Source: an uncultured virus (IMG/VR IMGVR_UViG_3300042691_023467) (Duplodnaviria; Heunggongvirae; Uroviricota; Caudoviricetes). From it: a DNA stretch of 20,000 bases. The notes below the pieces were generated by a model that saw nothing but the letters and a program-made list of their open reading frames with translations, did no database searches and was not told where the DNA came from. The position numbers and the translations under genes were made by a program. The DNA is taken from IMG/VR virus record IMGVR_UViG_3300042691_023467; one strand, given 5' to 3'. Shown one piece after another: positions 9,209 through 17,018 of this stretch. The stretch's first letter is position 1. Each line of letters opens with the position of its first letter.

Positions 9209-11923
9209 TTATCCTATCAATTCAGAGAAAGAAACTCCAGTTCTTGTTGCGATGAAGTCCGCCAATATGAACTCAGCTGTTCTTACTGGTTTGATGTATA
9301 TTGATATTTTCATTTCATTATTATCAATAACATCTGGAGTGTTATTTCTTTCATCACAGATAATTTGATATTCATATAAACCGTCATTTAATTTAGCTTT
9401 ATCAAATGTTGGTTGTAATGAACCAATTAATCTCTGTCTTGTTGTGAATGTGTTTGGTTCGAAGACGTAGTATTTTAATAACTGTTTAGTTTCTTTTTCT
9501 AAAGTTAAGAACAATCTACGAACGTTAATTCTATCGAATGCGGAAGGTTTGCGATATAAAGTCTTTTGACCGAATATAGCATATCCATCATTTCCAAAGA
9601 ATGAAATTGGGTTTATGTTTATTTTATATAATAAATCTGATTGTTTTTGATTTGGTGTTATACCTAAATCTATAACATTTAATAGATTTCCTCTATTTAA
9701 ACCAGCAGGAGCGGCCCATGGGAAAGCAACTTGTGAAGTTGTTGCAAATACACCAGCGGCAAATGCTGAAGATGGAACCCAAACGAATTGATCTGAAAAA
9801 TCATCAGCAACTCTCAACCAGTTTCCATATACGCATGAATAGCTGGATTGGAAAGCAGCAAATTGATTTTTCATTGGCCAATAAACATCATTAGAGAATA
9901 CATAATTTTTTCTAGCTGTTGTTTTATAATTTTTTCCAGAAACAAAAATGTATCTTAATGGGTCTGCTATGAAAACGTGATCTTTTCTATCAGAAACAAA
10001 AGTTAAGAATTTATTAGCAAGAGCTTGGTAGTCGGCGTTTATACCTGTTACGATAGCTCCAGAGGTATCTTTTAATTCTGATATATCAACAGAATAATTT
10101 TCATCGAAAATATATTCAGATAATCCATCAGCTAATTTTCTAGCTTTTGCACCAGCCCAAATAGTTCCTAATCCACATTCGGCTACTACATCGATATTTA
10201 ATGTTTCGTCGTTTTGAATTGTATTTAATACTCTTTGTAATTTTGATGGAACGTTTCCTAAATCAGTATTTTCAAAATCATTTTCGGAAACATATACACC
10301 AACTGGATATGCAGCTTTGGCTTTATCAGAAACTCTAACTTTTTTAGCTGGTTGTCCATTATCAGAAACCCATTTTCCATAAGTTGAAATATATGGATTT
10401 GTTACAACTTTAATGTTATTAGATCTTTTTTCTACTACGTTATCTAAGAAGAATGTATTTGGAGTTCCAAAAGTAGGATTGTTTTGTGTTCTCTTTGAAT
10501 ATAAAGAACCGGAATATCCTTCAGCTACTCTATAATCAAGTACAACGGTATCTCTATTGTAGATAGATGTGTTTAATTTAAAGAGAACTAAAATTAAGCT
10601 ATCATCAAATGATGATGTGGCAAAGTCATAGCCAGTAGGATATGCCTCCAATGATTCGGATATACAATCTCCAGCGAATCCAGTATACTCTTGAGTTAAT
10701 TTAAAATTCAATCTTGATTCTGGAATTTTAGCAAATGGCTGAATTCCAATAGAACCACCAATTGAAGATAAAGTTTGAGTGGTATTTATCGCAGTTATAG
10801 AATCATAATCTGTAGCTGGGTTTACGTTTCTATTGTCTGCTATGCCAACATAGTAACCTTCAAAAAGATTGTTTATGCTTGTTTTTGAATCGTTTAAAAC
10901 GATTAAGCCAGCTTTACCTAATGAAGAAAATGAAGATAAAGTATTTGAATTTGTAGATATTAAATTCTGCCAATCAATACTATTTGATGCAATTTGATTA
11001 TATTGATCATCAGTTAATAATATAGAAATTGGAGGAAGAAGTAAATAGCTGTTAGCGTCGGTTAAACTCGTAACAGGATTTATTACTGTTGAGGTATTAA
11101 TGTTTTCATTATATGTACTTACAGAAATAACATAATTTGTTACTACTTGTTGAGTAGCAGTAGTTTTAACAGTTAATGTTCTCCACCATTCTACACCATC
11201 ATTTAATACTTCAGTAGCAACCCATTGGTTTTGAGTTACTGGGAATATATCAGATGCATACAAATTAAATAAAGAAGTTAATTGCGGATAACTTGAAAAT
11301 GGAGCAGATGCGGTTAACGCAAATGTATTTGAAACTACATCATCTACAGTTGCACCAGCTACTCTCAATGTACTAAGAGTTGGATATACTACTTGATCAA
11401 CAAAGGTATCAACAATTGGATTTGTTGATTTATATTTTGGTAAATTTTGAGCGGCAGTAGTTGTAGCATATAAAGAATATGGAGAACCTAATGCAGCTAG
11501 ATTTGATAATAACTCAGACTCGTTTACGCCATCTACAGTAATGATGTTATTTAATGGATAAGATCTAGTTTCAATTATTTCTTCAAAAACACCAGAAATT
11601 CCATATACTAATGCACTATATGAATTAGTATATCCTTCTCCCATTCCAGAACCATATGGTAATCTAGAAACGAGTAAGTTTGCTGGAGAAGTATTTAAAA
11701 TTTGCTTTGCAGAATGATACAAATATCTTTCAGCGGCATTTGTTGGTGTTCCATAAATTTGTTCAAATTCACTGATATCAGTAACATTAACTAATGTTTC
11801 AGTTGGACCTTGAGGGGCAAAGCCTGATATTAAAACGTCAGTAGCTCCAATTGGTCTTGTTATAATAGATAAGTCCTGTTCAGTTATTTGTACTCCGGGT
11901 GATGCTATTGTTCTTGATGCCAT
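9209..11923 (-). CDS. gp18: Tail sheath protein (gp18-like), ~904 aa
   Basis: N-terminal SPGVQITEQDLS and GFAPQGP; C-terminal PWAAPAGLNRG, INPI, FGQKTL, SAFDRINVRRLF, FEPN, IKPVRTAEFI. ATG at 11923 (MASRTIASPG) preferred over the ORF-track start at 11935. Confidence 0.97.
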   Translation of the reverse strand: MASRTIASPGVQITEQDLSIITRPIGATDVLISGFAPQGPTETLVNVTDISEFEQIYGTPTNAAERYLYHSAKQILNTSPANLLVSRLPYGSGMGEGYTNSYSALVYGISGVFEEIIETRSYPLNNIITVDGVNESELLSNLAALGSPYSLYATTTAAQNLPKYKSTNPIVDTFVDQVVYPTLSTLRVAGATVDDVVSNTFALTASAPFSSYPQLTSLFNLYASDIFPVTQNQWVATEVLNDGVEWWRTLTVKTTATQQVVTNYVISVSTYNENINTSTVINPVTSLTDANSYLLLPPISILLTDDQYNQIASNSIDWQNLISTNSNTLSSFSSLGKAGLIVLNDSKTSINNLFEGYYVGIADNRNVNPATDYDSITAINTTQTLSSIGGSIGIQPFAKIPESRLNFKLTQEYTGFAGDCISESLEAYPTGYDFATSSFDDSLILVLFKLNTSIYNRDTVVLDYRVAEGYSGSLYSKRTQNNPTFGTPNTFFLDNVVEKRSNNIKVVTNPYISTYGKWVSDNGQPAKKVRVSDKAKAAYPVGVYVSENDFENTDLGNVPSKLQRVLNTIQNDETLNIDVVAECGLGTIWAGAKARKLADGLSEYIFDENYSVDISELKDTSGAIVTGINADYQALANKFLTFVSDRKDHVFIADPLRYIFVSGKNYKTTARKNYVFSNDVYWPMKNQFAAFQSSYSCVYGNWLRVADDFSDQFVWVPSSAFAAGVFATTSQVAFPWAAPAGLNRGNLLNVIDLGITPNQKQSDLLYKININPISFFGNDGYAIFGQKTLYRKPSAFDRINVRRLFLTLEKETKQLLKYYVFEPNTFTTRQRLIGSLQPTFDKAKLNDGLYEYQIICDERNNTPDVIDNNEMKISIYIKPVRTAEFILADFIATRTGVSFSELIG

Positions 11924-11935
11924 AATGTATATCAA

Positions 11936-11943
11936 TATTTACC
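11936..11943 (-). promoter_or_regulatory. Late promoter box variant GGTAAATA
   Basis: 12 nt upstream of the sheath ATG at 11923. Confidence 0.5.
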
Positions 11944-11987
11944 TTTAAAAAATATCATTTTTACAATTTGTTTTAAATTAAACTAAA

Positions 11988-11995
11988 TATAAATA
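11988..11995 (+). promoter_or_regulatory. T4-type late promoter box TATAAATA
   Basis: Perfect match 8 nt upstream of the ATG at 12004; divergent from the sheath promoter. Confidence 0.7.
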
Positions 11996-12003
11996 TACAA
12001 TGT

Positions 12004-12288
12004 ATGAACACTAATAAATTTGATCTACTCGTTTCCTCGCTACTGGAAGAAGCTAAATGCACAGGACCAACCAAAAAAGCTACATCAACAGCAAAAGGTA
12101 AAAAATGGATGAAATGCGTTAAAAACCCAAGTGGTGGAGGATACAAGAGAGTTCATTGGGGTCAAAAGGGAGTTAGAGTGACTGGAAAATCCGGTAATAC
12201 TAAAAGAAAAAAATCATTTAGAGCTAGACATAAATGTTCATCGGCAAAACCCGGAACCGCAAAATATCAAGCTTGCAAAGATTGGTAA
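12004..12288 (+). CDS. Small basic conserved phage protein (SFRARHKC family), possible internal head protein
   Basis: VHWGQKG...RKKSFRARHKC...AKYQACKDW resembles a recurrent uncharacterised family in T4-like phages (recalled as DUF6321-like, unverified). Confidence 0.75.
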   Translation: MNTNKFDLLVSSLLEEAKCTGPTKKATSTAKGKKWMKCVKNPSGGGYKRVHWGQKGVRVTGKSGNTKRKKSFRARHKCSSAKPGTAKYQACKDW

Positions 12289-12310
12289 TTTCTGGTAAGT
12301 TATTTTTACA

Positions 12311-12748
12311 ATGAAAAAATTCGATACTGTAATAGAAAACTACATTTCAGAACAAATTGGATCATCTACATCTTCTGCTGTAAATATAAACCCAAATGTT
12401 TTTAAAACATTAAATGTAGCGCCAAACGCAGATCTTAAAAAGGTCGCAGACGTTTTGACAAAACTATTACCACAATTCAATAAAGATGTAAATCCTGTGG
12501 ATTTAAAATCTCCAGATAGTTTCGATAATTTTATTTTAAATCTTAAAAAGAGTCCTACAAATTTAGAAATATTTAAACAGGAACTAAATAAAAATGGAAT
12601 GGATCTAAAAGATTTAGAATTACAAAACACCCAAAATAATCAAGAACCAGAAGCTGAAAAAAATATAGCACAACAACAACAAGCATCTCCTAAACCTAAT
12701 ACTCCAACATCCCCAACATCATATACTTCACAGGGACCAAAGGCTTAA
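12311..12748 (+). CDS. Hypothetical protein, possible internal head protein
   Basis: ATG start, N-terminal MKKFDTVIENYISE, low-complexity Q/P/T/S tail. Confidence 0.75.
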   Translation: MKKFDTVIENYISEQIGSSTSSAVNINPNVFKTLNVAPNADLKKVADVLTKLLPQFNKDVNPVDLKSPDSFDNFILNLKKSPTNLEIFKQELNKNGMDLKDLELQNTQNNQEPEAEKNIAQQQQASPKPNTPTSPTSYTSQGPKA

Positions 12749-12772
12749 TATTTTTTACATTTAAAAAATTTA

Positions 12773-13597
12773 ATGAAAAACAAAAAAAATCGTAGGAAAG
12801 ATAGTTCGCAAGAGCTATCGATTAACTCAAACGAAATTGAAAAAGATAATTCACCATATGTCTTTCAAAGTGAAAAAATAAATTTCGAGTTATCTATTAA
12901 AGAATTACCTTGGACAGAAAAACAAAAAGAGATAATTTCAAATTTTTTAGATAAAAAAACAAAAGTTTTATTATTAAAGGGACCAGCTGGTACGTCAAAA
13001 ACTATTTTATCGATGTATTGTGGTTTAACTCTTTTAAACAAGAGAAGAGTTTCAGATTTAGTCTTGGTAAGATCTGCTGTAGAATCATCCGATTCAAAAT
13101 TAGGATTTTTGCCGGGCGATATCATGGAGAAGTTTAATGTGTATTTGACACCATTTCATGATAAATTTTCTGAGCTTTTAAGTAAACCCAATATAGATAG
13201 ATTACAAAAAGATAATAGACTTACAATTTGTCCGATAAATTTTGCAAGAGGATTACATTTTTCTGCAAAGTTTGTTTGTGCGGATGAAGTTCAAAATTTT
13301 TCTACCAAAGAATTACAAACAATTATGAGTAGAATTGGTGAATTTTCAAAAGTATTTTTATGTGGTGATCCAGAACAAAGCGATTTACCACAAGGAAAAT
13401 CAGGATTCAGTAAAGTGTATGACTTATTTAATAATGAAGAATCTAGAGAAAACGGAATCATTTGTATGGAATTAACAGAAGCTGATATCGTAAGATCAGA
13501 ACTTTGTAGGTTTATAACACATAAATTCAAAGAATTAAATGTTCCAAAAATAGAAGAATTTAAAAAAGATTCTTGGAAACCGGGGGATCACAAATAA
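12773..13597 (+). CDS. phoh: PhoH-family ATPase
   Basis: TEKQK, GPAGTSKT, VRSAVE...LGFLPGDIMEKFNVYLTPF.D, ARG, ADEVQN, SRIGEFSK, GDPEQSD, DIVRS. Confidence 0.95.
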   Translation: MKNKKNRRKDSSQELSINSNEIEKDNSPYVFQSEKINFELSIKELPWTEKQKEIISNFLDKKTKVLLLKGPAGTSKTILSMYCGLTLLNKRRVSDLVLVRSAVESSDSKLGFLPGDIMEKFNVYLTPFHDKFSELLSKPNIDRLQKDNRLTICPINFARGLHFSAKFVCADEVQNFSTKELQTIMSRIGEFSKVFLCGDPEQSDLPQGKSGFSKVYDLFNNEESRENGIICMELTEADIVRSELCRFITHKFKELNVPKIEEFKKDSWKPGDHK

Positions 13598-13600
13598 GTA
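13593..13600 (+). promoter_or_regulatory. Late promoter box variant AATAAGTA
   Basis: Overlaps the phoH stop codon; 8 nt upstream of the ATG at 13609. Confidence 0.5.
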
Positions 13601-13608
13601 ATTATATT

Positions 13609-13791
13609 ATGAACAACACACCACAATATCAAACCGTGGAAAATAAACCGATTGGTTGTACTTTTTGCGGTGCTTTCATTCAAGGTAAAGTGACACCAAG
13701 AACGAATCCGCAAACAAAACAAGTAGTAAATGAATGCAGATGGGTTTGCTCTAGATGTGGAAACCTCACAAAAGTAGGCGTAGTAAAATGA
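13609..13791 (+). CDS. Small Zn-ribbon protein (60 aa)
   Basis: CTFC...CSRC pairs; ATG at 13609 preferred; its stop overlaps the next start (ATGA). Confidence 0.75.
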   Translation: MNNTPQYQTVENKPIGCTFCGAFIQGKVTPRTNPQTKQVVNECRWVCSRCGNLTKVGVVK

Positions 13792-14282
13792 ACTTTAATA
13801 AGTTAGTAAACGAAATATACGATACTAACGTTAATAAATCATATCCAGCTTCTAGTTCTGCACCTAGAAAAGATTTTGCTCCTGTATCATCAAGAGACGG
13901 ATACCACTATCCATATCAAAATCAAGGCGCTCAAAACATAGAACAAGAACATCCTAATAATCCAATATCATATCCATATCCATTACAAACGGTAAGTGAT
14001 GACTTATCTCAAAGTTTTGTTTTTTTGCTTAATGGAACTACAAAAATAGTAGAAGCACAAAAAAATAAATCTTTAGACGTAAACCAAAAAAACGATTTAA
14101 ATAAGTTAAAAAAATATTGTTTAAAACTTCTAGAAGGTATTAAAAAAGTTGCATTTAAAGTAGATGAAATTTCCGACTTAGGAGTAGAAAAAACTCCAGA
14201 AATAAAGATTAATGCATCACAAAGCAATAATCCTAATAGCTTAAAACAGCAAGAAGTTTCAATTAAATTACCAACTAAATAA
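13788..14282 (+). CDS. Hypothetical protein (164 aa), possible internal head protein
   Basis: ATG at 13788 (MNFNKLVNEIY) in ATGA overlap with the upstream gene, preferred over the ORF-track start at 13755. Confidence 0.75.
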   Translation: MNFNKLVNEIYDTNVNKSYPASSSAPRKDFAPVSSRDGYHYPYQNQGAQNIEQEHPNNPISYPYPLQTVSDDLSQSFVFLLNGTTKIVEAQKNKSLDVNQKNDLNKLKKYCLKLLEGIKKVAFKVDEISDLGVEKTPEIKINASQSNNPNSLKQQEVSIKLPTK

Positions 14283-14284
14283 TA

Positions 14285-14313
14285 TTGACAATATAATATT
14301 TGTATAATATTAT
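14285..14313 (+). promoter_or_regulatory. Sigma70-type promoter
   Basis: TTGACA (14285-14290), 17 nt spacer, TATTAT (14308-14313); ATG at 14321 lies at the expected +1. Confidence 0.75.
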
Positions 14314-14320
14314 TTTTGTA

Positions 14321-14773
14321 ATGAAAGAAAAATTTAAGAAAATATTCAAATCTACGCTAGTCGTAATAGTTATATCAACAGTTATAGGATTAGCTATAAA
14401 AAATATAGGTGGGGATTTTACAACAACATTTTTATTGGCTTTTTCTTGTCAATATATACTATTTTCATTTGTTGGTAATGTATTAAACTCATATTTAATA
14501 CAACAAAGCATTCAAAAACAGTTAGATAATCTAGAACCACTATCTACAATTTTACAATGCTCTTATTGCAACCAACAGAACGTAATGACTTTTGTTCCAG
14601 ATGAATCTGAAACTTTTCAATTTACGTGTTTAAAATGTGATAAAAGAAATTCTGTTAAAATACAATTCGTTGTCGCTAGACAAACTGAAATATTAAATTT
14701 ACCGGTTACATCAACCGGAGTATCAATAAGAGATAAAGAATTATTAGATAAGGAATTATTAAATGAACAATAA
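14321..14773 (+). CDS. Membrane protein with C-terminal Zn ribbon (150 aa)
   Basis: Two N-terminal hydrophobic stretches (TLVVIVISTVIGLAI; TFLLAFSCQYILFSFVG) followed by CSYC...CLKC; ATG at 14321 preferred. Confidence 0.75.
   Translation: MKEKFKKIFKSTLVVIVISTVIGLAIKNIGGDFTTTFLLAFSCQYILFSFVGNVLNSYLIQQSIQKQLDNLEPLSTILQCSYCNQQNVMTFVPDESETFQFTCLKCDKRNSVKIQFVVARQTEILNLPVTSTGVSIRDKELLDKELLNEQ
14731..14760. repeat. Coding tandem repeat, 2 x 15 bp (DKELL-DKELL)
   Basis: agataaagaattatt followed by agataaggaattatt. Confidence 0.75.
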
Positions 14774-15029
14774 AAATAAAAAGAGTAAATGGTCGGCTAT
14801 ACATGAAGAATCAATCGTGTGGGCTAGATGGATAGCATTATACGAAGCGGTAAATATGATAGCGGAAACCGCAGAAAAAAAGAAAGTATCTTTTAAATCT
14901 AAACTTAAACCAATAGCTATAAACAAATATATAGAATCAACTCAGGATATATATCTAAGAAAAATATTAGAACAAGAGTATAATATTAATTTCTATTTTG
15001 ACGATCAAGTAGAAAAAATATCTATTTAA
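14763..15029 (+). CDS. Hypothetical protein (88 aa)
   Basis: ATG overlapping the upstream gene end, AAGGA shortly upstream; converges on the gp14-like gene with overlapping TAA stops. Confidence 0.7.
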   Translation: MNNKNKKSKWSAIHEESIVWARWIALYEAVNMIAETAEKKKVSFKSKLKPIAINKYIESTQDIYLRKILEQEYNINFYFDDQVEKISI

Positions 15030-15658
15030 TAGTCACCATATACTGAAGTATCTGAACATAAACTATCACCATCTTCATAGTTGAAGTTTTGTTTAGATAC
15101 TTCTTCTATTATATCATTATCATTATTAGGATTATTTCCTTGACCAGCACCCGGAGATCCAGATTCGTGCGAGAAGTCGTAACGTTTAGCTTTAAAAAAC
15201 CAAACATAATGTCCTGCTATAGCATTAAGCTGAAACTCATCTATAACTTCTGTTAATTCGTAAACAGTAGCGCCTCGTTTTGGAAAATGTATCCTATCCA
15301 ACCCAAACTCAGATAGCTCCATTAAATCTCCCATTTTAGGCTCTGCTCCATCCCCAAATACATCTTCAAACATTATAGGATGTATAACTCCAGTCATATC
15401 ACTATCTGCTAATACACCAAACTTAGATAATAAATATGCATCATTATTTAAGTTTAATTGAACTATAAGTTTTTTACCTTCTCCATAACCAGCAGCTGGG
15501 TCTTCTCCGTAAAGAGGATTCATAGAGTTTAAATTTGATAAGTTGGAGAAGAAATTAACTTCTTGTCCATACATGCTTATCTGTTCTTTCCACCAATTTG
15601 AAAAGTTTAATCTCTCTTGAAAGTTTCTACTTTTATCTAAAAACCTTACCTTTTCCAT
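15026..15658 (-). CDS. Neck/head-closure protein (gp14-like)
   Basis: EQISMYGQEV, LYGED, LSKFG, P.MGDL and YELTEV match the gp14 pattern; AAGGAG 6 nt upstream of the ATG. Confidence 0.8.
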   Translation of the reverse strand: MEKVRFLDKSRNFQERLNFSNWWKEQISMYGQEVNFFSNLSNLNSMNPLYGEDPAAGYGEGKKLIVQLNLNNDAYLLSKFGVLADSDMTGVIHPIMFEDVFGDGAEPKMGDLMELSEFGLDRIHFPKRGATVYELTEVIDEFQLNAIAGHYVWFFKAKRYDFSHESGSPGAGQGNNPNNDNDIIEEVSKQNFNYEDGDSLCSDTSVYGDY

Positions 15659-16022
15659 ATACGTCTCCTTTAAATGTTAGCTTATATGACCCATTTGGAT
15701 TCATAGATAAATAAACTTTAGTTTGTTTTATCGCTTTTTCTGGTTCTTCTGCGGTAGGAATCAATCCATATTGTTTCTTTAATTGTTCTGCTTTAGCTAA
15801 ACTTAATGGAACATCTTTACCGGTTCTTATGCATTGATTTATTTCATCATTCTTAGTTGTTAAATATCTAGCTACACCATTTACATTTTTAGTTTTACCT
15901 GTTGCTTGATTAACAGCATACATACCTTTTTCATGTCTATGAGTTCTTTTGTCTGGAGATAAAGAACCAGTATCTATAGAATTTATTTTTTTATCTATAT
16001 TAAAAAATTCAAGAAAAGTCAT
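15633..16022 (-). CDS. Hypothetical basic protein, possible internal head protein
   Basis: N-terminus MTFLEFF resembles T4 capsid-targeting N-termini (MKTYQEF/MKTFKEF); preceded by TGTAAATA. Confidence 0.7.
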   Translation of the reverse strand: MTFLEFFNIDKKINSIDTGSLSPDKRTHRHEKGMYAVNQATGKTKNVNGVARYLTTKNDEINQCIRTGKDVPLSLAKAEQLKKQYGLIPTAEEPEKAIKQTKVYLSMNPNGSYKLTFKGDVYGKGKVFR

Positions 16023-16028
16023 TTTATA

Positions 16029-16036
16029 TATTTACA
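16029..16036 (-). promoter_or_regulatory. Late promoter box variant TGTAAATA
   Basis: 6 nt upstream of the ATG at 16022, immediately downstream of the terminator. Confidence 0.55.
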
Positions 16037-16037
16037 T

Positions 16038-16067
16038 AAAAAAACCCCGTATGATACGGGGTTTTTT
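16038..16067. terminator. Rho-independent terminator, symmetric
   Basis: aaaaaaa-ccccgta-tga-tacgggg-tttttt: GC stem with T-runs on both strands, ~20 nt after the stop of the 16088-16969 gene. Confidence 0.9.
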
Positions 16068-16087
16068 ATTTTGATTGTTTTTATATA

Positions 16088-16969
16088 TTATTTGTTATCA
16101 AATAACATTTTTCCTTTATTGACTGCACCTGAAACTTCTTGTTTCTTTTTTGTTAAAACGGAAACTCCCTTTTTAACATTATGGGATTTTAATTTTCCGT
16201 CTGCGCCTTTTCCAACTTGTGGAGTTTCAGCATGTTTCTTTCCAACTTTTATATTTCCAGAAACAACATTATTTTTAGGGTTGTTCATTCCAGCACTAAG
16301 CTTTTCAATGTCAACTAATGGTTCTCCTAATTCTTCGGCGTCGTCTAATGCGAAAGATTCTGGATAGGTTTCTTCTTCGTCTGAAGAAGATTCTTCACCT
16401 TCAGTTTCTTCCATTCCTTCTTCGCCTTCTTCGCCTTCTTCGCTTTCTTCACCTTCTTCTTCTTCAGTTTCACCACCAATAGCAGCTTGAAGAATTTCAA
16501 TAAGTTTTTCGGCCATTTCTTTATCGAGAGTTAAAGTAACGTCTTCTCCTTCTGAATCTGAATCCATGAATTCATCAACATCAGAATCTTCTTCTGAAGA
16601 GTCATCAAGACCTAAAGAAGAATCATCAAAAGCATTGTCAGACTCTAATTCATTATTTGGTTGGGTGGAGAAGTTAAATGTTTCTTCTGAAACAATTTTA
16701 TTAAACAAAGCATCAAAAGGATTTGTAGCTTCTTTAACACCAGCTAATTTCTTTAATGAAGAATCTGGTGTGTTTAATTCGCCTGATGCTTCATCTGGTT
16801 TTTCAACACCTTCAACTTCTTCTGGTCCTGTTCCTTTTTGGAACTCGGTTACTTTTTTTTCGTTTTGTTTATCACCGAATGGCGCGCCAACCTTTAATTC
16901 TGTTTTTACTTCAGAGCTTGGTACGCTTTCGTTTAATACTTCGAGGTATGCTTTTGTTATTGGGTCCAT
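16088..16969 (-). CDS. Highly acidic protein, probable prohead core/scaffold-type
   Basis: Long D/E tracts, basic C-terminus, several [LIV]-x-E sites (LNE, VKE, VSE); own late box and own terminator suggest high expression. Function is inferred. Confidence 0.5.
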   Translation of the reverse strand: MDPITKAYLEVLNESVPSSEVKTELKVGAPFGDKQNEKKVTEFQKGTGPEEVEGVEKPDEASGELNTPDSSLKKLAGVKEATNPFDALFNKIVSEETFNFSTQPNNELESDNAFDDSSLGLDDSSEEDSDVDEFMDSDSEGEDVTLTLDKEMAEKLIEILQAAIGGETEEEEGEESEEGEEGEEGMEETEGEESSSDEEETYPESFALDDAEELGEPLVDIEKLSAGMNNPKNNVVSGNIKVGKKHAETPQVGKGADGKLKSHNVKKGVSVLTKKKQEVSGAVNKGKMLFDNK

Positions 16970-16981
16970 ATGTTGTATAAT

Positions 16982-16989
16982 TATTTACT
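16982..16989 (-). promoter_or_regulatory. Late promoter box variant AGTAAATA
   Basis: 12 nt upstream of the ATG at 16969. Confidence 0.5.
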
Positions 16990-17018
16990 CTTTGTTTATT
17001 ACAAAATCTATATTTTTT

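Noticed and set aside
9209..11923. Intein or intron explaining the long sheath (also considered for terL)
   Set aside because: No C/S...HN-[CST] splice junctions or LAGLIDADG motifs seen, and the frames are uninterrupted.
2170..11923. Bacterial extracellular contractile injection system or tailocin
   Set aside because: Terminase, neck gene, late promoters, phoH and nrdB indicate a genuine phage genome.
16410..16465. ttcgccttc-type repeats
   Set aside because: Simply encode the EEGEEG low-complexity tract of the acidic protein.
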